A DNA stretch of 51,262 nucleotides from a virus (Duplodnaviria > Caudoviricetes). A program made the translations under genes and the position numbers. The notes under the pieces were generated by a model. The model made no database searches, was not told the DNA's origin, and saw only the letters and a program-made list of their open reading frames with translations. Positions 7,251 through 16,154 of the stretch are shown here, piece after piece (position 1 is the stretch's first letter; the number at the start of each line of letters is the position of its first letter). The DNA lies in IMG/VR virus record IMGVR_UViG_3300033067_000549, positions 1-51,262 of that record. One strand, given 5' to 3'.

Positions 7251-7709
7251 GTGGCGATCAAGCCCATCCTGAAATACAACGCGCCGGAACTCCGGCAGGT
7301 CTGCCCGCCCTTCGACTGGAACAACCCGGAGCATGTGGCCGGGCTACAGGACCTCCACGACACCCTCGCCGACGCGCAAGGCGGCCGGGCTCTCGGCCTC
7401 GCCGCCAACCAGATCGGCCTCATGGCCCGGGCTTTTGCCTTCCGCATGGGGGGGCAGATCGAGATTGCCGTGAACCCAAAGGTGTACGGCACCGACCCCA
7501 CCATGGTCACCGAGGAGGAGAGTTGCCTGTCCTTCCCGAACCTCAAGGCCAAGGTGCAGCGCCCGGCCTCGGGCCGCGTGATCTACGAGACCGGCCCAAT
7601 CGAGGACAGGTTCGTCTCCCTCACTGGCTGGGAGTTCCGGTGCTTCCAGCACGAGATGGACCATCTCCAAGGCATCACCCTCGACATCCTCAGAAGGAAG
7701 GGCAAATGA
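7251..7709 (+). CDS. def: peptide deformylase
   Basis: All three PDF motifs present: LGLAANQIG, EESCLS (canonical EGCLS) and QHEMDHL. Confidence 0.92.
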   Translation: MAIKPILKYNAPELRQVCPPFDWNNPEHVAGLQDLHDTLADAQGGRALGLAANQIGLMARAFAFRMGGQIEIAVNPKVYGTDPTMVTEEESCLSFPNLKAKVQRPASGRVIYETGPIEDRFVSLTGWEFRCFQHEMDHLQGITLDILRRKGK

Positions 7710-7924
7710 CCGTCGAACACCTCCCGGGCGCGAAGATCAACCCGCTCGCCCTCCTCGCCCGGGCCATGGAGCATGAGCCCAACAAGGTCATCATCATCTC
7801 GTGTCACGAGGGCAACGAGTGGAGGGTGGCATGGTCTGCGATGCAGATGCAGGAACTTGTCTATGGCGCGGCCGTCGGCGATGTCACCGTCCGGCAGGCG
7901 CTTTCGGGCCTCATCAAGGCATAG
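7706..7924 (+). CDS. hypothetical protein
   Basis: ATGA-coupled to def. Confidence 0.65.
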   Translation: MTVEHLPGAKINPLALLARAMEHEPNKVIIISCHEGNEWRVAWSAMQMQELVYGAAVGDVTVRQALSGLIKA

Positions 7925-7933
7925 GAGAACACC

Positions 7934-8134
7934 GTGACCGACCTCATCCTCCCCCGCCGCAAGTTCCTCGCCGGTGCCGCCGCCTTCCTCGCCGCTCCGG
8001 CCATCGTTCGGGTGGCGAGCCTCATGCCGGTCAAGGCCGAGCGCCCCGCCCTCCAGCCGGTGACCTATTTCATCGAGCACAACCCGAGCCGAGCCGAAGT
8101 TTATCTCGTAATTCGTGAGCTGCTGAACACTTGA
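7934..8134 (+). CDS. small protein with twin-arginine (Tat)-like signal
   Basis: PRRKFLAGAAAFLAAPAIVR; AGGAG RBS. Confidence 0.7.
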   Translation: MTDLILPRRKFLAGAAAFLAAPAIVRVASLMPVKAERPALQPVTYFIEHNPSRAEVYLVIRELLNT

Positions 8135-8198
8135 ACTGAACCCCACCGCCCCGGGCCGATAGCCAGAAACGCCGGGGCGGAACTTTTTGAGGCCCTCC

Positions 8199-8471
8199 AT
8201 GAACGTCTTTCGCGTCACCTCCGAGCGCCGCAACGCGCAAGGGCAACCGGTGTGGTTCTTGTTCGAGTGTACCCAGCCGGACCTCGAAACCCTCACCAGC
8301 ATCCTCAACGATAGCAAGCTGGTGATCGGCAAGATGCTCTGGACCAAGCGCGGCAAAGACGAGGAAGGCCTCTATTTTGAAATCACCGGCGACAAGACCA
8401 TCGCCCTCGGCAAGGGGGGCGTGGCCGTGATCGAGACCGTCGCCGACCGGTGCATCCGATTTGTGGATTAA
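8199..8471 (+). CDS. hypothetical protein
   Basis: GAGG RBS, typical codon usage. Confidence 0.65.
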   Translation: MNVFRVTSERRNAQGQPVWFLFECTQPDLETLTSILNDSKLVIGKMLWTKRGKDEEGLYFEITGDKTIALGKGGVAVIETVADRCIRFVD

Positions 8472-8487
8472 CCCCAAGGAGAATCAC

Positions 8488-8790
8488 ATGACCGAGGAAC
8501 AGAAAAAGCAGGCCGCCACTGACAGGTGGCACAAGGCCGCTCACGCCATGCAATCCGGCGTGGTGATGGAGATGCACGAAAAGCCCGGGCCGACCCAGCC
8601 CAAGCATCTCCGGGTCGGCGTCAACACAGCCCTTGCAGATCGCGGCTCGCTCGTGCGCCTGCTTATCTCCAAGGGGGTGTTCACCGAATTGGAATATCTC
8701 GACGCCATCGCCGCCGGGATGGAGATAGAGGTGGCGGGCTATGAGGCTCGCCTCTCCGAGACCTACGGCACCAAGGTCACCCTTGCGTGA
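8488..8790 (+). CDS. conserved hypothetical phage protein
   Basis: HAMQSGV...PKHLRVGVN motif; AAGGAG RBS. Confidence 0.75.
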   Translation: MTEEQKKQAATDRWHKAAHAMQSGVVMEMHEKPGPTQPKHLRVGVNTALADRGSLVRLLISKGVFTELEYLDAIAAGMEIEVAGYEARLSETYGTKVTLA

Positions 8791-8897
8791 ACCGGCAGAC
8801 CGAAATCATGGGGATTCGCGTGATTGAGAGCAACGCGCTTCCCCCGGGCTGCATCGCCGCTCTTGTACCCAGCAACCCAATGGAGACTGTATTTCTC

Positions 8898-9239
8898 ATG
8901 GACACACCATCCCTCACCCTCGAACAGGCGCAAGCCGTGGTGGCGAGTAAGACCGCCCCCAAGATCACAAAGGAAAGCATCGAGGCCCGCATCGCCTCGA
9001 CCTCGTACAGCATCATCGACCACATGACTGTGTGCGTCCTCCAGATGGTCAACGGCTTCATGGTCACCGGCACCGCCGCACCGGCAAGCCCGGACAACTT
9101 CGACCCCGAGGTAGGCAAGCGCTACGCCTACGAGGACGCTTTCAAGCAACTCTGGAAGCTGGAGGGCTACCTCCTCCGAGAAAAGTTGTGGGAGGAGAGC
9201 AAGCCCAAGGTTGACGCCACCCCGGCCCCCGGGCCATAG
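8898..9239 (+). CDS. N4 Gp49 / Sf6 Gp66 family protein
   Basis: TVCVLQMVNGFMVTG..A..SPDNFDPEVGKRYA....LWKLEGYLL; in-frame upstream start at 8787 also possible. Confidence 0.85.
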   Translation: MDTPSLTLEQAQAVVASKTAPKITKESIEARIASTSYSIIDHMTVCVLQMVNGFMVTGTAAPASPDNFDPEVGKRYAYEDAFKQLWKLEGYLLREKLWEESKPKVDATPAPGP

Positions 9240-9282
9240 TCGCCTCGTTCCCCAAAGAACACCCCATGGACGTATCAACTGG

Positions 9283-9312
9283 AGCCGCCCCTCAAAAGGC
9301 GGCTTTCTTTTT
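9283..9312 (+). terminator. intrinsic terminator
   Basis: GAGCCGCC-CCTCAAAA-GGCGGCTT followed by a T-run. Confidence 0.75.
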
Positions 9313-9354
9313 CCCGGCCTCCGCGATATTCATTGAACCCCACGAGGAGAGCCC

Positions 9355-9576
9355 ATGGTCCCGGAACCAAAGCGCATAGTTCACCTGTCACAGGAGGAGT
9401 TCAACTCCATGCCGACCGGCTCGCTTGAGGCCGGGGTGACCTACCGGATAATTCTTAGTTGTCCGATGCTGTACGGCCTCGAACCCATCCGCCCCATCCG
9501 CAAGCCATGGGAGAAGTGGAAGCAACACCCCAAGGGACCGCGCAAGGGCATGACACAGGCTCGCCGCCAACCATGA
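9355..9576 (+). CDS. hypothetical protein
   Basis: GAGGAG RBS; coupled to terS. Confidence 0.55.
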   Translation: MVPEPKRIVHLSQEEFNSMPTGSLEAGVTYRIILSCPMLYGLEPIRPIRKPWEKWKQHPKGPRKGMTQARRQP

Positions 9577-10130
9577 CCAAGAAGCCCACCAAGAAACCCA
9601 AGGCCGCCGCCCGGCAGGAAACCCCCAAGCGCAAGGGACCCGGCAGACCGACCGACTGGAAGCCCGAGATTGTCCCCCAGAGCCAGAAACTCGCCGCCCG
9701 TGGCTGGACCCGGGAGGAGATTGCAGATTTCCTCGGCATCACATCCCGCACCTTCCGCCGGTGGTGCATCTCTCACCCGGAACTGGACGCGGCCCTCGCC
9801 ATCCCAGAGGACAAGGCCAACGCCCGGGTTATCCATTCCCTCTACAAACAGGCCACCGGCTACGAGCGGGAGGAGGAGGACATCCGCATCGTCAATGGGG
9901 AAATTGTCCGCATTAAAATCAAGAAGTTCTATCCGCCCTCCACCTCGGCCGCCATCTTCTGGGCCAAGGCCAAGGCCGGGCTCCGGGATGACATGCCCAT
10001 CGACCCATCGGGACCCCTCGACCCCAACCCGGGAGACGAGGCCCCAACCGAACAGGAACCGCCAAAGCAGGTCGCCCGGCGCATTCTGTATCTCATCAAC
10101 AAGGGTGACCAAGAGGAGAACGCAGCATGA
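9573..10130 (+). CDS. terS: terminase small subunit
   Basis: GRPT...EIADFLGITSRTFRRW HTH, SLYKQATGY, YPPSTSAAIFW; upstream of terL. Confidence 0.85.
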   Translation: MTKKPTKKPKAAARQETPKRKGPGRPTDWKPEIVPQSQKLAARGWTREEIADFLGITSRTFRRWCISHPELDAALAIPEDKANARVIHSLYKQATGYEREEEDIRIVNGEIVRIKIKKFYPPSTSAAIFWAKAKAGLRDDMPIDPSGPLDPNPGDEAPTEQEPPKQVARRILYLINKGDQEENAA

Positions 10131-10519
10131 GCTATGCACTGGTGATGTGGGGAGAGCAAGGCACCCGCCCGAATCACAAGGTCGAGGACCTTGACGAGAG
10201 CAAGGGCTTTGTCCGCCTCCCGGCGACTGATGGCTCTTACAAGGTCACGGTCATCGGGCTCAATTCCGATGGGGTCCGGGCCTATCGCAAGGCCGAGAAC
10301 AACGGTGATGACCCGCTCGACGCCGCCCTCGATCATCTCAACGCCGAACACAAGGCGCGAGACGAGGCCGCCGCCAAGGAAGCCGAGAACGCCAAGGCCA
10401 TCGGCAGCGCCGTGCAGGGTGAGCGCGAGCCCGCCCCGGCAGCGCCCGAACCTCGGGACCAGCCCGACATTGACCCGCCGCCCGAAAAGATGGGCGGAGA
10501 CCCCGCGGGACAGGCCTGA
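10127..10519 (+). CDS. hypothetical protein
   Basis: Coupled ORF with GAGGAG RBS. Confidence 0.65.
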   Translation: MSYALVMWGEQGTRPNHKVEDLDESKGFVRLPATDGSYKVTVIGLNSDGVRAYRKAENNGDDPLDAALDHLNAEHKARDEAAAKEAENAKAIGSAVQGEREPAPAAPEPRDQPDIDPPPEKMGGDPAGQA

Positions 10520-10537
10520 GACCATCTGGTAAACACA

Positions 10538-10564
10538 GGCGGCTCCCTTCGGGGGGCCGCTTTC
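10538..10564 (+). terminator. intrinsic terminator / UUCG hairpin
   Basis: GCGGCTCCC-TTCG-GGGGGCCGC-TTT. Confidence 0.6.
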
Positions 10565-10578
10565 ACAAGGGGGACACC

Positions 10579-10698
10579 ATGAACGACCCGCAACACCAGA
10601 CCTTGCTCATTGCCCTCATCCTCCTGATCTATCTCGCCATGGCGTCCGGGCTCTATCTCCTGTTCGCCACGGTGTTGTGTGGAGCGGCCACATGCTGA
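10579..10698 (+). CDS. 39-aa membrane peptide (not in ORF track)
   Basis: MNDPQHQTLLIALILLIYLAMASGLYLLFATVLCGAATC; AAGGGGG RBS. Confidence 0.5.
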   Translation: MNDPQHQTLLIALILLIYLAMASGLYLLFATVLCGAATC

Positions 10699-10964
10699 GA
10701 CCCGCGCCGATTCCTCCGCCGGTCTGCTTCAAGTGTGGCGAGCCCGCCGCATGGCAACAGCGCATGGCAATCCCGGAGAAAGGCACCAAGGAAATCCCCA
10801 TCTATCTGTTCACCGGGGACCATGCTTGCCATAAGTGCAGGACCGAGGGGGTCCGGCCCGGCGCTCTCCTCACCGCAACGGCGATGGACGTGGCCCGGGC
10901 GGCAATGCACGGTAAGGAGCCCGACTTCCCGCGGGCCTTTCTTGAGTGGATGAAGATACCATGA
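10692..10964 (+). CDS. zinc-finger hypothetical protein
   Basis: CFKCG...ACHKC; coupled to terL. Confidence 0.6.
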   Translation: MLRPAPIPPPVCFKCGEPAAWQQRMAIPEKGTKEIPIYLFTGDHACHKCRTEGVRPGALLTATAMDVARAAMHGKEPDFPRAFLEWMKIP

Positions 10965-12523
10965 CCGACCTCTCAACTGTGGCCCGGGAGATTGAAGCCC
11001 TCCCACCAGAGCAGCGGCGCAAGATCGAGGCGGAACTCAAGGCCGCCACCAACGGGCTCAAGTGGCTCCCCAACCCCGGCCCCCAGACCGACGCCTATTT
11101 CAGCCCGGCCGACGAGGTGTTCTATGGGGGAGAGGCCGGAGGCGGCAAGACTGACCTCCTCCTCGGCACGGCCTTGAACAACCACCGCCGCGCCCGAATC
11201 ATGCGCCGCCTCAATGGCGAGGTGCAGGGCCTCATTCAGCGCATGGAGGAGATTGTCGGGCAGGCTGGGCTCAAGCGGAATGCCCCGGCCATGTACCGGA
11301 CCAAGAGCCAGATTATCAATTTCTCCGGCTGCCAGTTTGAGAAGGACTGGAAAAAGTACCAAGGCTCGGCGCAGGATTTCTTTGGCTTTGACGAGATCAC
11401 CAACTTCACCCGGCAGCTTTACACAACCCTCATCGCATGGAACCGCTCGGCCTTCCCCAAGCAGCGCTCCCGCGTCATCTGCACCGGCAACCCGCCGACC
11501 ACCCCGGAGGGGATGTGGGTTATCGAGTATTGGGCTCCATGGCTGGACCCGGAACACCCCAACCCGGCCTTGCCCGGCGAGTTGCGGTGGTTCACCACAA
11601 TCAACGGCAAGGACACCGAGGTCGATGGCCCCGGGCCGGTGACGATTGACGGCGTGGTCCTGAAAGACGAGCGCGGCGAGACGATTCTGCCCAAGTCCCG
11701 CACCTTCATCCCGGCAGAACTCAAGGACAACCCGGACCTCGCCGAGACGGACTACGCCGCCCGCCTGTCCGGTCTGCCCGAGGAGTTGCGCAGGTCCCTC
11801 AAGCTGGGTGAGTTCCGGGCTCAAATGGAGGACGCGCAATTCCAGTGCTTCCCCTCCGAGTGGGTGGACCTCGCCATGAATCGCTGGAACCCGAGCGGAC
11901 GGGACGGCCCCATGAATGCCGTGGGTGTGGACGTTGCCCAAGGGGGCGAGGACAAGGCGGCCATTTGCCCTCGACATGGCAACTGGTTTGACCTCATCCA
12001 GACCTACCCCGGGCGAGAGGTGCCGGATGGCCCGACGCTGGCCTCCAAGGTCATTGCCATCCGCCGAGACCCGGCCTCGGTTTCCATCGACATGGGGGGA
12101 GGCTACGGCATCTCGACCCGCGACCACCTCAAGAGCCTTGTGCCGGTCGAGGAGTTCAATGGCTCGGCCTCGGCAGAGGCGAGGGTGGACAAGAGTGGGA
12201 TGCTCAAGTTCCTGAATATCCGGGCCGCCGCCCATTGGCACCTCCGGGAGTTGCTGGACCCGAGTGGCGGCCACAACATCGCCCTCCCCCCGGACCCTGA
12301 CCTCCGACAGGAACTCCTCACCGTGCGCTACATCCCGGGGCAGAAGATCAAGATTGAACCCAAGGAGGATGTCATCGACCGGCTGGGCCGCTCGCCGGAC
12401 AAGCTGGACGCCCTCATCATGGCAGCCTTTGCCCGGGGGGAGACAAAGGCCGGGAGATTTGGTAACACCGGCGCGTTGCAACAAACCGCCACCACATCCG
12501 GGCGGAACCCAAGAAGGAGATGA
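10961..12523 (+). CDS. terL: terminase large subunit
   Basis: Walker A FYGGEAGGGKT, Walker B FGFDE, TGNPP, nuclease VGVDVA and RSPDKLDA. Confidence 0.95.
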   Translation: MTDLSTVAREIEALPPEQRRKIEAELKAATNGLKWLPNPGPQTDAYFSPADEVFYGGEAGGGKTDLLLGTALNNHRRARIMRRLNGEVQGLIQRMEEIVGQAGLKRNAPAMYRTKSQIINFSGCQFEKDWKKYQGSAQDFFGFDEITNFTRQLYTTLIAWNRSAFPKQRSRVICTGNPPTTPEGMWVIEYWAPWLDPEHPNPALPGELRWFTTINGKDTEVDGPGPVTIDGVVLKDERGETILPKSRTFIPAELKDNPDLAETDYAARLSGLPEELRRSLKLGEFRAQMEDAQFQCFPSEWVDLAMNRWNPSGRDGPMNAVGVDVAQGGEDKAAICPRHGNWFDLIQTYPGREVPDGPTLASKVIAIRRDPASVSIDMGGGYGISTRDHLKSLVPVEEFNGSASAEARVDKSGMLKFLNIRAAAHWHLRELLDPSGGHNIALPPDPDLRQELLTVRYIPGQKIKIEPKEDVIDRLGRSPDKLDALIMAAFARGETKAGRFGNTGALQQTATTSGRNPRRR

Positions 12524-12525
12524 CC

Positions 12526-12744
12526 ATGGCAAAAGTGATGAAAGCCATCACGGGACTTATCGGCAAAATCCTGCCCAAGGCCCCCAAGATTGACATTCCC
12601 GTCATGCCGGACCCCGGCTCGACCGCTTCCAAGCTGGCGATGAGCCGCAAGATGAACGAGCGCAAGGGACGCGGGCGGGAAGGAACCATCTACTCCGGGG
12701 CAGGTGGCGCTTATGGCGGCCTGAACCTCGGCGGCACCTCGTAA
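12526..12744 (+). CDS. small pre-portal virion protein
   Basis: Position between terL and portal; basic RKGRGREGTI segment; AGGAG RBS. Confidence 0.7.
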   Translation: MAKVMKAITGLIGKILPKAPKIDIPVMPDPGSTASKLAMSRKMNERKGRGREGTIYSGAGGAYGGLNLGGTS

Positions 12745-12766
12745 CTCGAACCAAGGGGGGGCGACC

Positions 12767-14401
12767 ATGGCGCTCGACACTCGTGACCAAGGCGTCCTCC
12801 TTACAATGGGGGAGGCCTTCTCTCGCAAGGGAAACCTTGACCGCTTCTGGCAGACCGTGGCGGATAACCACTACCCAGAGCGAGCCTCATTCACCCGCCC
12901 CCTCGACCTCGGGGAGGAGGCAACCTCCCAACTCTACTCATCCGAGCCGGTCCTGTTTCGCCGGGAGTTCGGCAACTTCTTGAACTCTGCCCTCCGGCCT
13001 CGTGGCCGTGACTGGTTTTCGATGGCCCCGGCCAACGTGAAACTCCGCAAGCGCCCCAAGGTCCTCGCCTATCTGGACGAAAAGCGCGATATGCTCCGGG
13101 CTCTCCTCTACAACCGGGGCTCGGGCTACACCCGGGCCATGGTAGAGGCGGACCACGACTTCGCCACCTTCGGCAATGCGGTTGGCACGGTCGAGGAGCG
13201 GCCTGACCGCTCCGGCCTCCTGTTCCGCACATGGCACCTCCGGGATTGCGCATGGCTCCAGAACTACGAGGGCGAGGTGGACACCGTGTTCCGCAAGTTC
13301 CGCCCCACCATTCGGGAACTCATGGCGCAGGAGAAGCGCCGGGGCTGGAAGATTGACCCGAAACTTGCCGAGGTGGCGACCAAGGAACCACTGCGCAAGG
13401 TCAACTGTGTCCATGTGCAGATGCCCCTCCTCAGTTACCAGCCGGAGAAAAAGGCCAAGCTGGAGTGGGTCTCGCTGTACTACGACATCGACCACCAATG
13501 TCTTATGAGCCGCAAGCTGGTCCCCGAGTTCAACTACTTCGTTGACCGCTGGTCTCTCTTGAACGAATCGCCCTACGCCATCTCGCCTTGCGTCATCTGT
13601 TCCCTGCCGGACTCCCGCACCTTGCAGGTTATGACGTGGAGCGTCATTGAGGCAGGCGAGAAGGCGGTCGAGCCCCCGATGGTGGCAACCCATGGCGCGG
13701 TGGTGGGAGGTGTGAACATCGCCGCCGCACAAGTGACGTGGGTGGACAAGAACTATGACGAGCGCACCGGCGACGCCATCCGCGCTCTCGAACTCGGCAC
13801 CTCTCCCCAATTCGGCGAGGTCCTGCGGGAAGGCATCCGCAACAACCTCAATGCAGCGTGGTACTTGAACAAGCTGCTTATGCCCCAGACCTATGACAAG
13901 ACGGCATACGAGGCCAACCGGCTTCACGAGGAGTTCCTCCGGGCGGTCCAGCCCATCATGGAGCCCGCCGAGGCCGAGCGGAACGGCAACCACCTCGACC
14001 TCGCCTTTGCCATCTCCCAGCGTCTCGGCCTCTGGGGCGACCCCAAGGCCATGCCCGAGGAACTGGCCGGGCAGGACATCGACTTTACCTACGACAACCC
14101 CTACGAGGACGCCCGCAAGCAGGCCCTCTCGCTGGCCTACAAGGCGACTGCCGAGGTCAACCAGATTGCAGCGGCCACCGACCCGACCGTCATGGCGCAA
14201 TTCAACGGCAAGAAGGCATACCGGGACGCCATCTCCGGCGTTGCCCCGCCCTCGTGGTTGCTTGACGAGGATGAAGCCGAGGAGGCCATGGCAAAGGCCG
14301 AGGAGGAGCAGACCTTGGCAGGCGCGGCACAGGAGGTTGCAGGTGCAGCCGAGATTGAGGCCAAGATGCAGCCGAAAGGACAGATGCAGACCGCCGCATG
14401 A
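12767..14401 (+). CDS. portal (T7-like head-tail connector)
   Basis: 544 aa; W..VAD..YPER, P.GRDWF, DFATFGNA, RW......YAISP, KTAYE motifs; synteny. Confidence 0.9.
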   Translation: MALDTRDQGVLLTMGEAFSRKGNLDRFWQTVADNHYPERASFTRPLDLGEEATSQLYSSEPVLFRREFGNFLNSALRPRGRDWFSMAPANVKLRKRPKVLAYLDEKRDMLRALLYNRGSGYTRAMVEADHDFATFGNAVGTVEERPDRSGLLFRTWHLRDCAWLQNYEGEVDTVFRKFRPTIRELMAQEKRRGWKIDPKLAEVATKEPLRKVNCVHVQMPLLSYQPEKKAKLEWVSLYYDIDHQCLMSRKLVPEFNYFVDRWSLLNESPYAISPCVICSLPDSRTLQVMTWSVIEAGEKAVEPPMVATHGAVVGGVNIAAAQVTWVDKNYDERTGDAIRALELGTSPQFGEVLREGIRNNLNAAWYLNKLLMPQTYDKTAYEANRLHEEFLRAVQPIMEPAEAERNGNHLDLAFAISQRLGLWGDPKAMPEELAGQDIDFTYDNPYEDARKQALSLAYKATAEVNQIAAATDPTVMAQFNGKKAYRDAISGVAPPSWLLDEDEAEEAMAKAEEEQTLAGAAQEVAGAAEIEAKMQPKGQMQTAA

Positions 14402-14796
14402 GCAACCGCTACAAGCCCCCATTCCACCCATGGGAGCCGCCGGAGATCACCGACGCCGAGGTCATGGCTCTCAAGAACCTCGCTGCCGGGAATGCCAATG
14501 GCTCCCAGCAACAGATGGCGCTCACCACCATCATTCAGAAATTCTCGGGCACGTATGACCTGAGTTTCCGCCCCGGCGGCCAAGATGCAGATAGAGCCAC
14601 AACCTTTGCAGAGGGCAAGAGGTTCGTGGGGCAACGCATCTTGGAGGCCATGACCCGCCCTCTCAAGCCCCAGCCACAAGGAGAAACCGATGGCAGCCGA
14701 CGAACAAGCGACAAACCAGAACCTCCAGCCGCCCGCATCCGGCGGAACCCAAAGCCCGCCGAAAGATCAAAGCCAGCAAAGCCAGAAGCCGGATGA
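14398..14796 (+). CDS. Bbp19-like post-portal protein
   Basis: SF.PG..D..TTFAEGKRFVGQRI motif. Confidence 0.75.
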   Translation: MSNRYKPPFHPWEPPEITDAEVMALKNLAAGNANGSQQQMALTTIIQKFSGTYDLSFRPGGQDADRATTFAEGKRFVGQRILEAMTRPLKPQPQGETDGSRRTSDKPEPPAARIRRNPKPAERSKPAKPEAG

Positions 14797-15658
14797 CGGC
14801 AGCAAGCCTGCCGGGTCCATCTACAAGGATGTCGGCCTGCCAGACCCGGGCGAGAAGGGCTCCTCCTCGTGGCCCGAGAATTGGCGGCTCGATATGGCCG
14901 GGGGTGATGAGAAGCTGGCAAAGCAGCTTGAGCGTTATCAGAACCCGGGCGAGGTCTCCAAGGCATTGCTCGCGGCACAGCAACGCATCCGCTCCGGCGA
15001 ATATCGCAGAGTGACCCCGCCCCCGGACACCAAGGACGAGGCCGCCTTGGCGGCATGGCGAGAGGAGCAAGGCCTCCCCAAGACGGCAGCGGAATATACC
15101 TTTGACGTGGTGGAGGGCTTCGACTTTGCCAAGGCGGACCCCCAGACCAAGGCCGCGCTCGGGGAGTTCCAGCAGACGTTTCACAGCGCCAACCTGTCCA
15201 AGCAGCAAGCCGATGCCGTGGTGAAGGGAATCACTGCCGTCTCCCAGAAGCAGATGGAGGAGCAGGCCAAGGCTGATGCCGAGTATGGCGACCGGGCCGA
15301 GGACACCCTCCGGGCGGATTGGGGGGCGGACTACCGGACCAACATTCAGGCCAACTGGAATTTCCTGACCCAGAAACTCGGGAGCGCCGAGGAGGCGACC
15401 GCCTTTGTCGAGGCCCGGATGCCCAACGGGCGGAAGCTGGGGGACAACCCGGCTATCAGCAAGTTGATTAACGAGATGGCCCGGATGGAAGGAAGCGACA
15501 TCATCTACAACGGTGGCGGGGATGCAAAGGGTGTGGACGCCCGCATCGCCGAGATTGAGAAGATGATTTCCAACCAGAGCGCCGACTACACGAATGCCGT
15601 GGCCGAGGAATACCAAGGCCTTCTTGCCAAGCGTGAGGCCCGGCAATCCCGTCAGTGA
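14690..15658 (+). CDS. capsid scaffolding/assembly protein
   Basis: Acidic and helical, WPENWR, LRADWGADY; lies between portal and capsid. Confidence 0.8.
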   Translation: MAADEQATNQNLQPPASGGTQSPPKDQSQQSQKPDDGSKPAGSIYKDVGLPDPGEKGSSSWPENWRLDMAGGDEKLAKQLERYQNPGEVSKALLAAQQRIRSGEYRRVTPPPDTKDEAALAAWREEQGLPKTAAEYTFDVVEGFDFAKADPQTKAALGEFQQTFHSANLSKQQADAVVKGITAVSQKQMEEQAKADAEYGDRAEDTLRADWGADYRTNIQANWNFLTQKLGSAEEATAFVEARMPNGRKLGDNPAISKLINEMARMEGSDIIYNGGGDAKGVDARIAEIEKMISNQSADYTNAVAEEYQGLLAKREARQSRQ

Positions 15659-16032
15659 ACCGGCACAGGATAGCCCGGCTCAAGGCATACGAGAAACAAG
15701 GGGGGCGCTGCTTTTGGTGTGGCGTCCCCACCCGCCGGGAGACGGCGGACAAGGGGGTCTTTCTCGCCCCCTCGACCGCCGAACACCTCATTCCCAAGAG
15801 CCGGGGCGGCACCAATTCACAGCGCAACATTGTCTCGGCCTGCAAGCAATGCAATTGCTGCCGGGGCAACATGCCCTTGGCGATGTGGCTGATTGTCTTG
15901 AGGGAAACCCTCATAGTCCAGCGGCGGACGCATCATTTCAATGAGGTCTTGTCATCATTGCGAGACCGTGGTATTCACGCGCTCACATTGGTCGGCTACC
16001 CCGGCGACGGCCCCGACCCCGAGACCCGCTGA
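15655..16032 (+). CDS. HNH endonuclease
   Basis: GRCFWCG...TAEHLIPKSRGGTN...NIVSACKQCN. Confidence 0.9.
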   Translation: MNRHRIARLKAYEKQGGRCFWCGVPTRRETADKGVFLAPSTAEHLIPKSRGGTNSQRNIVSACKQCNCCRGNMPLAMWLIVLRETLIVQRRTHHFNEVLSSLRDRGIHALTLVGYPGDGPDPETR

Positions 16033-16120
16033 AAGTCCCGCCCCTCGCTGGACAGTGACCGGCCCCGCAAGGCCCTCCCGGTCCCTCCAGAAGGCCACCC
16101 GAGACGGAAGCATAAACCCT
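15990..16120 (+). ncRNA. putative structured 5' leader RNA of the capsid gene
   Basis: Two GNRA-capped hairpins (15990-16018, 16048-16090) with mirrored asymmetric C-rich internal loops. Confidence 0.45.
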
Positions 16121-16154
16121 TCCCCCATTCTCGTTTGACCAATGGAGCATTCCT

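Noticed and set aside
10973-14431. Long minus-strand ORFs (519 aa, 497 aa) opposite terL and portal, and similar ones at 24105-25760, 27132-28454, 32014-34839, 42746-43954 and 46527-47588
   Set aside because: Shadow ORFs expected from high-GC3 codon bias. They have no RBS/promoter, and the opposite frame is a conserved protein rather than a degenerate linker, unlike 28580-28816.
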